A stretch of 64,000 nt of DNA, from contig JAUCBJ010000373.1 in the NCBI GenBank assembly GCA_032718475.1, forward strand, positions 1 through 64,000, written 5' to 3'. The position numbers and the translations under genes are program-made. This stretch comes from Nemertoderma westbladi (Eukaryota; Animalia; Xenacoelomorpha). The notes under the pieces were generated by a model. It had not been told where the DNA came from. It worked only from the letters and a program-made list of their open reading frames with translations, and made no database searches. Position 1 is the first letter of the stretch; each line of letters begins with the position of its first letter. Positions 37,886 through 50,805 of the stretch are shown piece after piece.

Positions 37886-39940
37886 TCTAATATATATAAA
37901 TATCGATTGTCTGTCTGTCTGTGTGTTTGTCATCGGCTATACAATCGAACCCATCTCGATGAAATCTCGCTTGCTATAGCTCGTTAGAAAGGTCTCGCTC
38001 TAACTCGTTGCAACGTAATACTCAGAGTCGTCTGAAGTTCGCCCGTCTGCCGCTAGAGGGCGATTTTTGTGATTTTCGGGCGAAATTTATCGAATTATTT
38101 CGGTTCTTCTATCGGTAATTAATGATTTACAGGGCTAATATTTATCCCACCTGGTATAAAATTAACATGAGTAGATTCGCCGTGTCCCATTCTCACAAAG
38201 TTTTTATTTTATTCGAGTGTTTAATATAAATATGTATGATTATTTATTGATTAAAAATCAAATAGTGTATAAATATGTCATATTCGCCAAGCACGATCGA
38301 ATTGGCCTATTGGTATTGAATAGGGAAGGATTGTTTTCTGTATCATAGCAACGTTAAGGTAATTATTGAAATCGCAGCTAGCTGGGCACAGATAAGGAGC
38401 AAGCAGGCTGGAGTGTTGATTGGGGTGGGTTTGGGTTGTCTATTGCTAATTGCTCAGAGTAATTCTGCTTTTTCAATCATTGGCTGCATGGAAGGAGAGG
38501 TTTATAACATTTTTGTTTTACTGTTATGAATATTAAAAGGAAAATAATTATTTCTGTAGGCCTATACTTACTGTATTATTATTTTATCTAATAGTATACA
38601 TCTAATCTCGATGAAATCTCGCTTACTATAGCTCGTTAGATAGGTATCGCCCTAAGTCGTTGCAACGTAATACTCAGAGCCGTCTGAAGTTCCCCCGTCT
38701 GCCGCTAGAGGGCGAATTGTCCAATAGTGAAAACCTGATCTTATTGGGTTGTTTTTAATGCTTTTGAGCTGAAACTTGGTAGCTATATACTGCAGCATAG
38801 GCTGTATTATTTCCGGAGTCACTGGGTTGTCTACAGTTCCCCAGTCTACCGTTAGAGGGCTAAATGTCTGAGAGTTAACATCTTCTCCAACTTTGTTATT
38901 TACAATCCGTTTAGACTGAAACTTGGTAGGCATCTACTACAGCATAGACTGTATCTTTACTGAGTAGCAGAGTCGTCTACAATTCCCCGGTCTACCGCTA
39001 GAGGGCGAAATGTCTGAAAGTTAACATCTTCTCCAACTTTGTTATTTATAATCCATTTAGACTGATATATACTATATCGATACATAGACTATATCTTTGC
39101 GGAGTAGTAGAGTTGTCTACAGTTCCACAGTCAGCCGCAAGAGGGCGAATTGTCTGATAGTGAAAACCTCATCCCATTTGGTTCTTTTTAATCATTTTGA
39201 GCTGAAAATTGGTTGGTATCTACTACATCATAGGCTCTATCTTTACGGAGTTGCAGAGTCCTATACACTTCCCCGGTCTACCGCTAGAGGGTGAAATGTC
39301 TGAAAGTTAACATCTTCTCCAACTTTGTTATTTACAAACGGTTTAGACTGAAACTTGGTAGGCATCTACTACAGCATAGGCTCTACATTTACTGAGTCGC
39401 AGAGTTGTATACAGTTCCCCTATCTGCCGCTAGAGGGCGAATTGTCTGTTAGTGAACACCTCATCCCAATTGGTTCTTTTTAATCCCTTTGAGCTGGAAC
39501 TTGGCAGGAATCTACTACAGCATATTCTGTATCTTTACGGAGTCCCAGAGTCGTCTACAGTTCTTCAGTCTACCGCTAGAGGGTGAAATGTCTGAATGTG
39601 AACATCTACACCAATTTTGTTATTTACAATCTGTTTAAGCTGAAACTTGAAAGGCAGGCATTTTACTTCACCATAAACCCCATCTTTACCAAACTGCAGC
39701 GTCGTCTGCATTTCACCAGTCCGCAGGTAGAGGGTGGATCTGAAAGTGATCATTTTCTGGAAATTTTGTTATTTACAATCTGCCTAAAGTTGAAACTTGA
39801 CAGTTATCTCTTATGGGGGTGGTGTTTTATTTAATGATGGTGTCTGTTCCGTATGCAGTTCTCCAATCTCCCACACATATTCATATATAATCTGCACATG
39901 CACTAGAAAGCTGTGGCCCGAAGGGCCACAGGCTTTCTAG
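37886..39940 (+). mobile_element. Non-autonomous Helitron, family A copy 2
   Basis: Collinear with 33498-35690, with substitutions, indels and about one fewer internal repeat. Confidence 0.88.
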
Positions 39941-39961
39941 TCTATATATATAAATATCATG

Positions 39962-40001
<40 letters not shown>

Positions 40002-41741
40002 CAAGCTATACGTTTCTACACACAAGCACCAATCTGAGCTCGCGATACATCGAACGAAAGCTCTCGTCACGAGCACGTGCACTGTCGCTATCTCGAGTCT
40101 TATTTTATACGTTTGTTTGCGTGAATGCAGATTTCGTGAATTTGGTACCGGTAGCGCGGTAAGCCTAGCAGTTCATTCTGTCACTCTACATGTTGGGTCC
40201 GACTATTATGCTACTTTTTGATACCAGACATAATCTGTTCTAAATGATACTTTGCAGATCTGTTCCCGACCATAGACTGTGTGTTTGGGAGGACACTGAT
40301 CAATCTGCAGTTCTCCAGTCTGCCGCTAGGGGGCGAAATATCCGAAACTGAAAACATCTCCCATTTCGTTATTATTAAAGCCTTTTAGCTGATACATGGC
40401 AGAGGTCTTCTACACCATAGGCTTTGTGTTTGGGGAGGATGCTGACCAATCTGCAATTCCCCAGTCTGCCGCTAGGGGGAGAAATATCTGAAAGTGAAAA
40501 CCTTATCCCATTTCTTTGTTTATAATGCTTTTTTGCTGATACTTGGCAGAGGTCTACTACACCATACAGCGTGTTTGGGGAGGAGCTAATCAGTCTGCAT
40601 TTCTCCAGTCTACCGCTAGGGGGCCAAATGTCTGAAAGTGAATTTCGTTATTAATAATGCTTTTAGGCTGACACTTGGCAGATGTGTATTACACCATATG
40701 GTGTGTGTCTGTGGAGGACGCCCAACTATCTGCAGTTCTCCATTCGGCCGCTAGGGGGCGAAATATCTGAAAGTGAAAACCTTATCCCATTTCGTTGTTT
40801 ATAATACTTATAGGCTGATACTTGGCAGAGGTCTACTACGCCATAGGCTGCGTGTTTGTGGAGAACTCTGACCAAGCTGCAATTCCTCTGTCTGCCACTA
40901 GGGGGCGCAATGTCTGAAAGTGAAAACCTTCACCCATTTCGTTATTAATAATGCTTTTATGCTGATACTTTGCAGAGGTCTTCTACACCATAGACTGTGT
41001 TTTTGTGGAGAACTCTGACCAATCTGCAATTCCTAAGTCTGCCGCTAGAGGGTGAAATGTCTGAAATGAAAACCTTCTCCCATTTCGTTGTTTCTAATGC
41101 TTGTTTTTTATACTTGGGAAAGGTATACTACACCATAGGCTGTGTGTTTGGGGCGGATGCTAACCAGTCTGCAGTTCTCCAGTATACTGCTAGAGGGTGC
41201 GAAATGTCTGAAAAGTGAAAATATTCTCACATTTATTTATTAAAAACGCATTTAGGCTGATACTTGGCAGAGGTCTACTGTACTACATCATTGGCTGCGT
41301 CTTTGGGAAGGACGTTGACCAGTCTGCAGTTCTCAAGTCCGCCACTAGGGGACGAATTATCTGAAAGTTAAATCCTTCTCCCATTTAAATGCTTTAGAGT
41401 TGATTCTTGGCAGCGATCTATAATTACTGTACAGTACCTACTAAATTTACGAGGATGATAACCTGCAGTTCTACAATTTAACCTTTTTCCATATTTTTAC
41501 TATTTTGTAATCCTTTGGAAATGATACTTGGTAGGCATTTACTACAGTATATACAACAAGCCTTATGTTGTACATAGTAGTTTGTAGTAAAATAGCTTCA
41601 GTAATTTTGTTTGAGAGAACACTCAATCATGTGACGTTTTGTTAAGTTAAGTTAATTAATTAATTACAGAATTAATGTTTGGAATGGTGAATAGGCTTGT
41701 GAACTAGAAAGCCGTGGCCCGAAGGGCCACTGGCTTTCTAG
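39941..41741 (+). mobile_element. Non-autonomous Helitron, family B copy 2
   Basis: Collinear with 35691-37885, with a deletion and a different repeat content; ends CTAG|T. Confidence 0.88.
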
Positions 41742-42464
41742 TTTAATTAATAAATTTACAATATAAATAACATTTACAGATGGTGGCTGATGGATTAATG
41801 GTACATATTTACTTTGACATATTAAAAAGAGTTGTATATCAATTGATTCATAGGTTATTTTAGTAGGCCTAAATATAGTGCCCGTTACGGACTCACATGC
41901 AAATGTACAAAGAAAAATTACCCAATTTTATTTTGACAAATTCTCTTGATTTACCAAATTAAAACTTTTAAGTACCTTTCGTTACTGAGTCACATAATTC
42001 TGTAGGCCAAATCAAAAATTGTTGAAACTTTGAATTCACAATGCTACGCTGTCAATATTTAAATTTTTTTTATCATCAATAGCTTCTAATAAATGTTGAA
42101 TTTTCGATTGTTATAATTTCCTGTCTTATTCCGACAATTTCAATGGTAGGAAGATTACGTCAAAAATGACATGGATTAATTTCTACACATTTGAAAATAA
42201 GTAAAAAAAATTCCTCATATTGAATAATAAAAACCCAATTGTTACCCTCAAAAATATTAAAAATCCGTCACTTTTATTAAAAATTTCATTCTTTCTCGTC
42301 ATTTTGATACCAAAATTATGCTGATCAGATGACTTTTTATTTTCGACGTAAGTGTTACATCAATGGTAGAATTGCCCAATAACTGATATCACGTGATCAG
42401 CGCCTTTTATCCCATTATCTATTGAGCGACCAAGTACGATACATTAATCTAATATCGAAAACTA

Positions 42465-45400
42465 ATATAGAACAATGGCTCCACCCCACCTGGTCTACTT
42501 ATAGAACAATGGCTCTAATGCACCCCACCTGGTCTACTTATAGAACAATGGCTCTAATGCACACCACCTGGTCTACTTATAGAACAATGGCTATAATGCA
42601 CCCCACCTGGTCTACTTATAGAACAATGGCTCTAATGCGCCCCACCTGGTCTACTTATAGAACAATGGCTCTAATGCACACCACCTGGTCTACTTATAGA
42701 ACAATGGCTCTAATGCACCCCACCTGGTCTACTTATAGAACAATGGCTCTAATGCACACCACCTGGTCTACTTATAGAACAATGGCTCTAATGCACCCCA
42801 CCTGGTAAACTTATAGAACAATGGCTCTAATGCACCCCACCTGGTCTACTTATAGAACAATGGCTCTAATGCACACCACCTGGTCTACTTATAGAACAAT
42901 GGCTCTAATGCACCCCACCTGGTAAACTTATAGAACAATGGCTCTAATGCACCCCACCTGGTCTACTTATAGAACAATGGCTCTAATGCACCCGACCTGG
43001 TCTACTTATAGAACAATGGCTCTAATGCACCCCACCTGGTCTACTTATAGAACAATGGCTCTAATGCACACCACCTGGTTTACTTATAGAACAATGGCTA
43101 TAATGCACACCACCTGGTCTACTTGTAGAACAATGGCTCTAATGCACACCACCTGGTCTACTTATAGAACAATGGATCTAATGCACACCACCTGGTCTAC
43201 TTATAGAACAATGGCTCTAATGCACCCCACCTGGTCTACTTATAGAACAATGGCTCTAATGCACCCCCCTGGTCTACTTATAGAACAATGGCTATAATGC
43301 ACACCACCTGGTCTACTTATAGAACAATGGCTATAATGCACCCCACCTGGTCTACTTATAGAACAATGGCTCTAATGCACACCACCTGGTCTACTTATAG
43401 AACAATGGCTCTAATGCACACCACCTGGTCTACTTATAGAACAATGGCTCTAATGTACACCACCTGGTCTACTTATAGAACAATGGTTCTAATGCACCCC
43501 ACCTGGTCTACTTATAGAACAATGGCTCTAATGCACCCGACCTGGTCTACTTATAGAACAATGCTAATGCACCCCACCTGGTCTACTTATAGAACAATGG
43601 CTCTAATGTACACCACCTGGTCTACTTATAGAACAATGGCTCTAATGCACCCCACCTGGTCTACTTATGGAACAATGGGTCTAATGCACCCCACCTGGTC
43701 TACTTATAGAACAATGGCTCTAATGCACCCCACCTGGTCTACTTATAGAACAATGGCTCTAATGCACACCACCTGGTCTACTTATAGAACAATGGCTCTA
43801 ATGCACACCACCTGGTCTACTTGTAGAACAATGGCTCTAATGCACACCACCTGGTCTACTTATAGAACAATGGATCTAATGCACACCACCTGGTCTACTT
43901 ATAGAACAATGGCTCTAATGCACCCGACCTGGTCTACTTATAGAACAATGGCTCTAATGCACACCACCTGGTCTACTTATAGAACAATGGCTCTAATGCA
44001 CCCCACCTGGTCTACTTATAGAACAATGGCTCTAATGCACACCACGTCTAATTATAGAACAATGGATCTAATGCACACCACCTGGTCTAATTATAGAACA
44101 ATGGTTCTAATGCACCCCACCTGGTCTACTTATAGAACAATGGCTCTAATGCACACCACCTGGTCTACTTATAGAACAATGGCTCTAATGCACCCCACCT
44201 GGTCTACTTATAGAACAATGGCTCTAATGCACACCACCTGGTCTACTTATAGAACAATGGCTCTAATGCACACCACGTCTAATTATAGAACAATGGCTCT
44301 AATGCACCCCACCTGGTCTACTTATAGAACAATGGCTCTAATGCACACCACCTGGTCTACTTATAGAACAATGGCTCTAATGCACACCACCTGGTCTACT
44401 TATAGAACAATGGCTCTAATGCACACCACCTGGTCTACTTGTAGAACAATGGCTCTAATGCACACCACCTGGTCTACTTATAGAACAATGGCTATAATGC
44501 ACCCCACCTGGTCTACTTATAGAACAATGGCTCTAATGCACACCACCTGGTCTACTTATATAACAATGGCTCTAATGCACACCACCTGGTCTACTTATAG
44601 AACAATGGCTCTAATGCACACCACCTGGTCTACTTGTAGAACAATGGCTCTAATGCACACCACCTGGTCTACTTATAGAACAATGGATCTAATGCACCCC
44701 ACCTGGTCTACTTATAGAACAATGGCTCTAATGCACACCACGTCTAATTATAGAACAATGGATCTAATGCACACCACCTGGTCTACTTATATAACAATGG
44801 CTCTAATGCACACCACCTGGTCTACTTATAGAACAATGGCTCTAATGCACACCACCTGGTCTACTTGTAGAACAATGGCTCTAATGCACACCACCTGGTC
44901 TACTTATAGAACAATGGATCTAATGCACCCCACCTGGTCTACTTATAGAACAATGGCTCTAATGCACACCACGTCTAATTATAGAACAATGGATCTAATG
45001 CACACCACCTGGTCTAATTATAGAACAATGGCTCTAATGCACACCACCTGGTCTACTTATAGAACAATGGCTCTAATGCACCCCACCTGGTCTACTTATA
45101 GAACAATGGCTATAATGCACCCCACCTGGTCTACTTATAGAACAATGGTTCTAATGCACCCCACCTGGTCTACTTATAGAACAATGGCTCTAATGCACAC
45201 CACCTGGTCTACTCATAGAACAATGGCTCTAATGTACACCACCTGGTCTACTCATAGAACAATGGCTCTAAGGCACCCCACCTGGTCTACTTATAGAACA
45301 ATGGCTCTAATGCACACCACCTGGTCTACTTATAGAACAATGGCTCTAATGCACCCCACCTGGTCTACTTATAGAACAATGGCTCTAATGCACCCGACCT

Positions 45401-48400
45401 GGTCTACTTATAGAACAATGGCTCTAATGCACCCCACCTGGTCTACTCATAGAACAATGGCTCTAATGCACACCACCTGGTCTACTTATATAACAATGGC
45501 TCTAATGCACCCCACCTAGTCTACTTATAGAACAATGGCTCTAATGCACACCACCTGGTCTACTTATATAACAATGGCTCTAATGCACCCCACCTAGTCT
45601 ACTTATAGAACAATGGCTCTAATGCACACCACCTGGTCTACTCATAGAACAATGTCTCTAATGCACCCCACCTGGTCTACTTATAGAACAATGGCTCTAA
45701 TGCACCCCACCTGGTCTACTCATAGAACAATGGCTCTAATGCACCCCACCTGGTCTACTTATAGAACAATGGCTCTAATGCACACCACCTGGTCTACTTA
45801 TAGAACAATGGCTCTAATGCACACCACCTGGTCTACTTATAGAACAATGGCTCTAATGCACCCCACCTGGTCTACTTATAGAACAATGGCTATAATGCAC
45901 CCCACCTGGTCTACTTATAGAACAATGGCTCTAATGCACACCACCTGGTCTACTTATAGAACAATGGCTCTAATGCACACCACCTGGTCTACTTATAGAA
46001 CAATGTCTCTAATGCACCCCACCTGGTCTACTTATAGAACAATGGCTCTAATGCACACCACCTGGTCTACTTATAGAACAATGGCTCTAATGCACCCCAC
46101 CTGGTCTACTTATAGAACAATGGCTCTAATGCACACCACCTGGTCTACTTATAGAACAATGTCTCTAATGCACCCCACCTGGTCTACTTATAGAACAATG
46201 GCTCTAATGCACCCCACCTGGTCTACTTATAGAACAATGGCTCTAATGCACCCCACCTGGTCTACTCATAGAACAATGTCTCTAATGCACCCCACCTGGT
46301 CTACTTATAGAACAATGTCTCTAATGCACCCCACCTGGTCTACTTATATAACAATGGCTCTAATGCACCCCACCTAGTCTACTTATAGAACAATGGCTCT
46401 AATGCACACCACCTGGTCTACTTATAGAACAATGGCTCTAATGCACCCCACCTAGTCTACTTATAGAACAATGGCTCTAATGCACACCACCTGGTCTACT
46501 TATAGAACAATGGCTCTAATGCACCCCACCTGGTCTACTTATAGAACAATGGCTCTAATGCACACCACCTGGTCTACTTATAGAACAATGGCTCTAATGC
46601 ACACCACCTGGTCTACTTATAGAACAATGGCTCTAATGCACCCCACCTGGTCTACTTATAGAACAATGGCTCTAATGCACCCCACCTGGTCTACTTATAG
46701 AACAATGACTCTAATGCACCCCACCTGGTCTACTTATAGAACAATGACTCTAATGCACCCCACCTGGTCTACTTATAGAACAATGGCTCTAATGTACACC
46801 ACCTGGTCTACTTATAGAACAATGGCTCTAATGCACACCACCTGGTCTACTTATAGAACAATGGCTCTAATGCACCCCACCTGGTCTACTTATAGAACAA
46901 TGTCTCTAATGCACACCACCTGGTCTACTTATAGAACAATGGCTCTAATGTACACCACCTGGTCTACTTATAGAACAATGGCTCTAATGCACACCACCTG
47001 GTCTACTCATAGAACAATGGCTCTAATGCACCCGACCTGGTCTACTTATAGAACAATGGCTCTAATGCACACCACCTGGTCTACTTATAGAACAATGGCT
47101 CTAATGTACACCACCTGGTCTACTTATAGAACAATGGCTCTAATGCACACCACCTGGTCTACTTATAGAACAATGGCTCTAATGCACACCACCTGGTCTA
47201 CTTATAGAACAATGGCTCTAATGCACCCCACCTGGTCTACTCATAGAACAATGGCTCTAATGCACCCCACCCGGTCTACTTATAGAACAATGGCTCTAAT
47301 GCGCCCCACCTGGTCTACTTATAGAACAATGGCTCTAATGCACACCACCTGGTCTACTTATAGAACAATGGGTCTAATGCACCCCACCTGGTCTACTTAT
47401 AGAACAATGGCTCTAATGCACACCACCTGGTCTACTTATAGAACAATGGCTCTAATGTACACCACCTGGTCTACTTATAGAACAATGGCTCTAATGCACA
47501 CCACCTGGTCTACTTATAGAACAATGGCTCTAATGCACACCACCTGGTCTACTTATAGAACAATGGCTCTAATGTACCCCACCTGGTCTACTTATAGAAC
47601 AATGGCTCTAATGCACACCACCTGGTCTACTTATAGAACAATGGCTCTAATGCACACCACCTGGTCTACTTATAGAACAATGGCTCTAATGTACACCACC
47701 TGGTCTACTTATAGAACAATGGCTCTAATGCACACCACCTGGTCTACTCATAGAACAATGGCTCTAATGCACCCGACCTGGTCTACTTATAGAACAATGG
47801 CTCTAATGCACACCACCTGGTCTACTTATAGAACAATGGCTCTAATGTACACCACCTGGTCTACTTATAGAACAATGGCTCTAATGCACACCACCTGGTC
47901 TACTTATAGAACAATGGCTCTAATGCACACCACCTGGTCTACTTATAGAACAATGGCTCTAATGCACACCACCTGGTCTACTTGTAGAACAATGGCTCTA
48001 ATGCACCCCACCTGGTCTACTTATAGAACAATGGCTCTAATGCACCCGACCTGGTCTACTTATAGAACAATGGCTCTAATGCACACCACCTGGTCTACTT
48101 ATAGAACAATGGCTCTAATGCACCCCACATGGTCTACTTATAGAACAATGGCTCTAATGCACCCCACCTGGTCTACTCATAGAACAATGGCTCTAATGCA
48201 CCCGACCTGGTCTACTTATAGAACAATGGCTCTAATGCACACCACCTGGTCTACTTATAGAACAATGGCTCTAATGCACACCACCTGGTCTACTTATAGA
48301 ACAATGACTCTAATGCGCCCCACCTGGTCTACTTATAGAACAATGGCTCTAATGCACCCCACCTGGTCTACTTATAGAACAATGGCTCTAATGCACACCA

Positions 48401-48655
48401 CCTGGTCTACTTATAGAACAATGGCTCTAATGCACCCCACATGGTCTACTTATAGAACAATGGCTCTAATGCACCCCACCTGGTCTACTCATAGAACAAT
48501 GGCTCTAATGCACACCACCCGGTCTACTTATCTACTTATAGAACAATGGCTCTAATGCGCCCCACCTGGTCTACTTATAGAACAATGGCTCTAATGCGCC
48601 CCACCTGGTCTACTTATAGAACAATGGCTCTAATGCGCCCCACCTGGTTTACTTG
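42465..48655. repeat. 39-bp tandem satellite (~158 copies)
   Basis: Unit TAGAACAATGGCTCTAATGCAC(C/A)CCACCTGGTCTACTTA. Confidence 0.98.
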
Positions 48656-48949
48656 TGCTCCGTTACTACTCCCTCCCACCCCTGCAGACTGAATTTGGAC
48701 CATGGAAGATTGTAGAGATCATATAGACAGGTGAGCCAAGTAAGTTGTGAACCACATTATGATTAAATTAAGAATTATGAAAATAATCGAAGTTTAGAAG
48801 TTCAGAACAAACAATATATTTTTACACAAAAATTAATTACTTGTATAAACGACTCATAGTAACATCCTAAGGTACACTAATAATGTTAAGGCCAAATTCC
48901 GTATGATTATTAAGGGTGGGGTTACATTTGTTCCCCCTACCCACAGTAA

Positions 48950-50805
48950 CACCCCCCCCCCCATCGGCCCCCAGTAACCGACCCCCTTCCCCCAGTAACC
49001 GGCCCCCGACCCCAGTAACCGCCCCCCTTCCCCCAGTATCCGGCCCCCTTCCCCATGTAACCGCCCCCCTTCCCCCAGTAACCGGCCCCCTGCCCCCAGT
49101 AACCGCCCCCCTTCCCCCAGTAACCGGCCCCCTTCCCCCAGTATCCGCCCCCTTCCCCCAGTAACTGGCCCCCCTTCCCCATGTAACCGCCCCCTTCCCC
49201 CAGTAACCGGCCCCCTGCCCCCAGCAACCGCCCCCCTTCCCCCAGTAACCGGCCCCCTTCCCCCAGTATCCGCCCCCTTCCCCCAGTAACTGGCCCCCCT
49301 TCCCCATGTAACCGCCCCCTTCCCCCAGTAACCGGCCCCCTGCCCCCAGCAACCGCCCCCCTTCCCCCAGTAACCGGCCCTTAGAAGGATAATTGAAGAA
49401 TTATCAAAAAAGAAAGACAGGCATCTGGCTGTTATCTTTGTTGACTTCTTCAAGGCCTTTGATTCTGTCTCTCGCTCACGTATGTTCAGCATACTTTCAT
49501 TATATGGGATTCCTGATGAAATTATTGCAGCAATCAGATCAGTATACGATGGTTCGACAACATTTGTGTCTACTGTTGACGGTGACACAGAACCATTCGA
49601 AGTGTTATGGGGCGTCCTCCAAGGAGACACACTTGCACCATTCTTATTCATTATTGTGGTTGACTATGTTCTACGCATGTCCTTAGATCATCATAATGAT
49701 GATGGGGTGATGATAACTCCACCTACTGGCTCCAGAAGTCGAGGAAATCCTGCCAAGTACCTAACTGATCTAGACTTTGCTGATGACTTAGGAGTACTCT
49801 CAGAATCATTAGAGGGAGCCCAACGGCTCCTCAGCTCATTAGAACATGCTGCTTCTAGTGTTGGTCTTTTTATTAACTCCAGAAAGACCAAAATTCTGAC
49901 AGTTAACTTTGAAAGTCCTCAGCAAGTCTCTGATCGGATGAGCATAAGCTCAAAGGATGGTATGCTTGAGCATGTCGACGACTTCTGTTACCTGGGATCA
50001 TGGATCCGGAAGTCAGGTGAGGACCTTCGAATACGTAAGGGAAAGGCATGGGCAGCCTTGAATAGGCTTTCCAGGATTTGGAAGTCACCGAGAATTAATC
50101 GGAAACTTAAGGTCCGATTATTTAGAGCAGCAGTAGTTCCAGTACTCCTCTACGGGAGTCCATGCTGGGCTCTTACTGCTGAGGACACCAAATCTCTGGA
50201 TGGCACATTCACAAGAATGCTACGCCGGGTTCATTGTGTCAAGTACAATGCACACATCTCCAACCAGACACTATATAACATTGGAGGTGTCTCATTGGTT
50301 CCCCCAAGCTTGACACTAGAACAAAATCGCCTCCGCTTTGCAGGACATTGCTTTCGCCGTGAGGACCAGCCAGTGCATAATCTTGTACTTTGGCAGCCTC
50401 ATGGAGTGAATAAGCATGGTGGACAGCCCATGACTTTCTTGAGACGCATCTTAAAGGACACTGGTCTTAAATATGCGGATGATCTAGCAAATGTCATGGG
50501 TGATAGGGAGTTGTGGCGGTGCAATTTTGTTGACAAGCCGGCACAGCATTCTTAAAAATGCAGCTGCAATGCAGCATGCCGATCCTAGTAGTAGTAACCG
50601 GCCCCCCTTCCCCATGTAACCGCCCCCTTCCCCCAGTAACCGGCCCCCTGCCCCCAGCAACCACCCCCCCTTCCCCCAGTAACCGGCCCCCTGCCCCCAG
50701 CAACCACCCCCCCTTCCCCCAGTAACCGGCCCCCTGCCCCCAGTAACCGGCCCCCCTTCCCCATGTAACCGCCCCCTTGCCCCAGTACCCACCCCCCCCC
50801 CCCCA
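48950..50805. repeat. C-rich ~20-bp minisatellite (G-quadruplex potential on the - strand), split by an RTE into 48950-49380 and 50593-50805
   Basis: Units like CCCCCAGTAACCGGCCCCCTT on both sides of the LINE. Confidence 0.93.
49381..50592 (+). mobile_element. 5'-truncated RTE-type non-LTR retrotransposon, copy 2, RT frame intact
   Basis: Frame reads FVDFFKAFDSV..GVLQGDTLAPFLF..LDFADD..YLGS..LRFAGHC; (TAG)n tail; AGTAACCGGCCC flanks both ends (49369-49380 and 50593-50604). Confidence 0.93.

Larger units (their letters stand above)
33437..42379. mobile_element. Probable non-autonomous TIR DNA transposon split by the Helitron array
   Basis: Left end TAGGGCAATTCCAT and right end ATGGTAGAATTGCCCAA. 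The motif CGTTACGGACTCACAT occurs on both sides of the array (~33451 and ~41883). Confidence 0.5.

Noticed and set aside
42422-48555. MALMHPTWSTYRT repeat protein (39-bp unit; several indels are 3 bp)
   Set aside because: In-frame stops recur, there is a 1-bp frameshift near 43265, there is no synonymous bias and no unique flanking domain.
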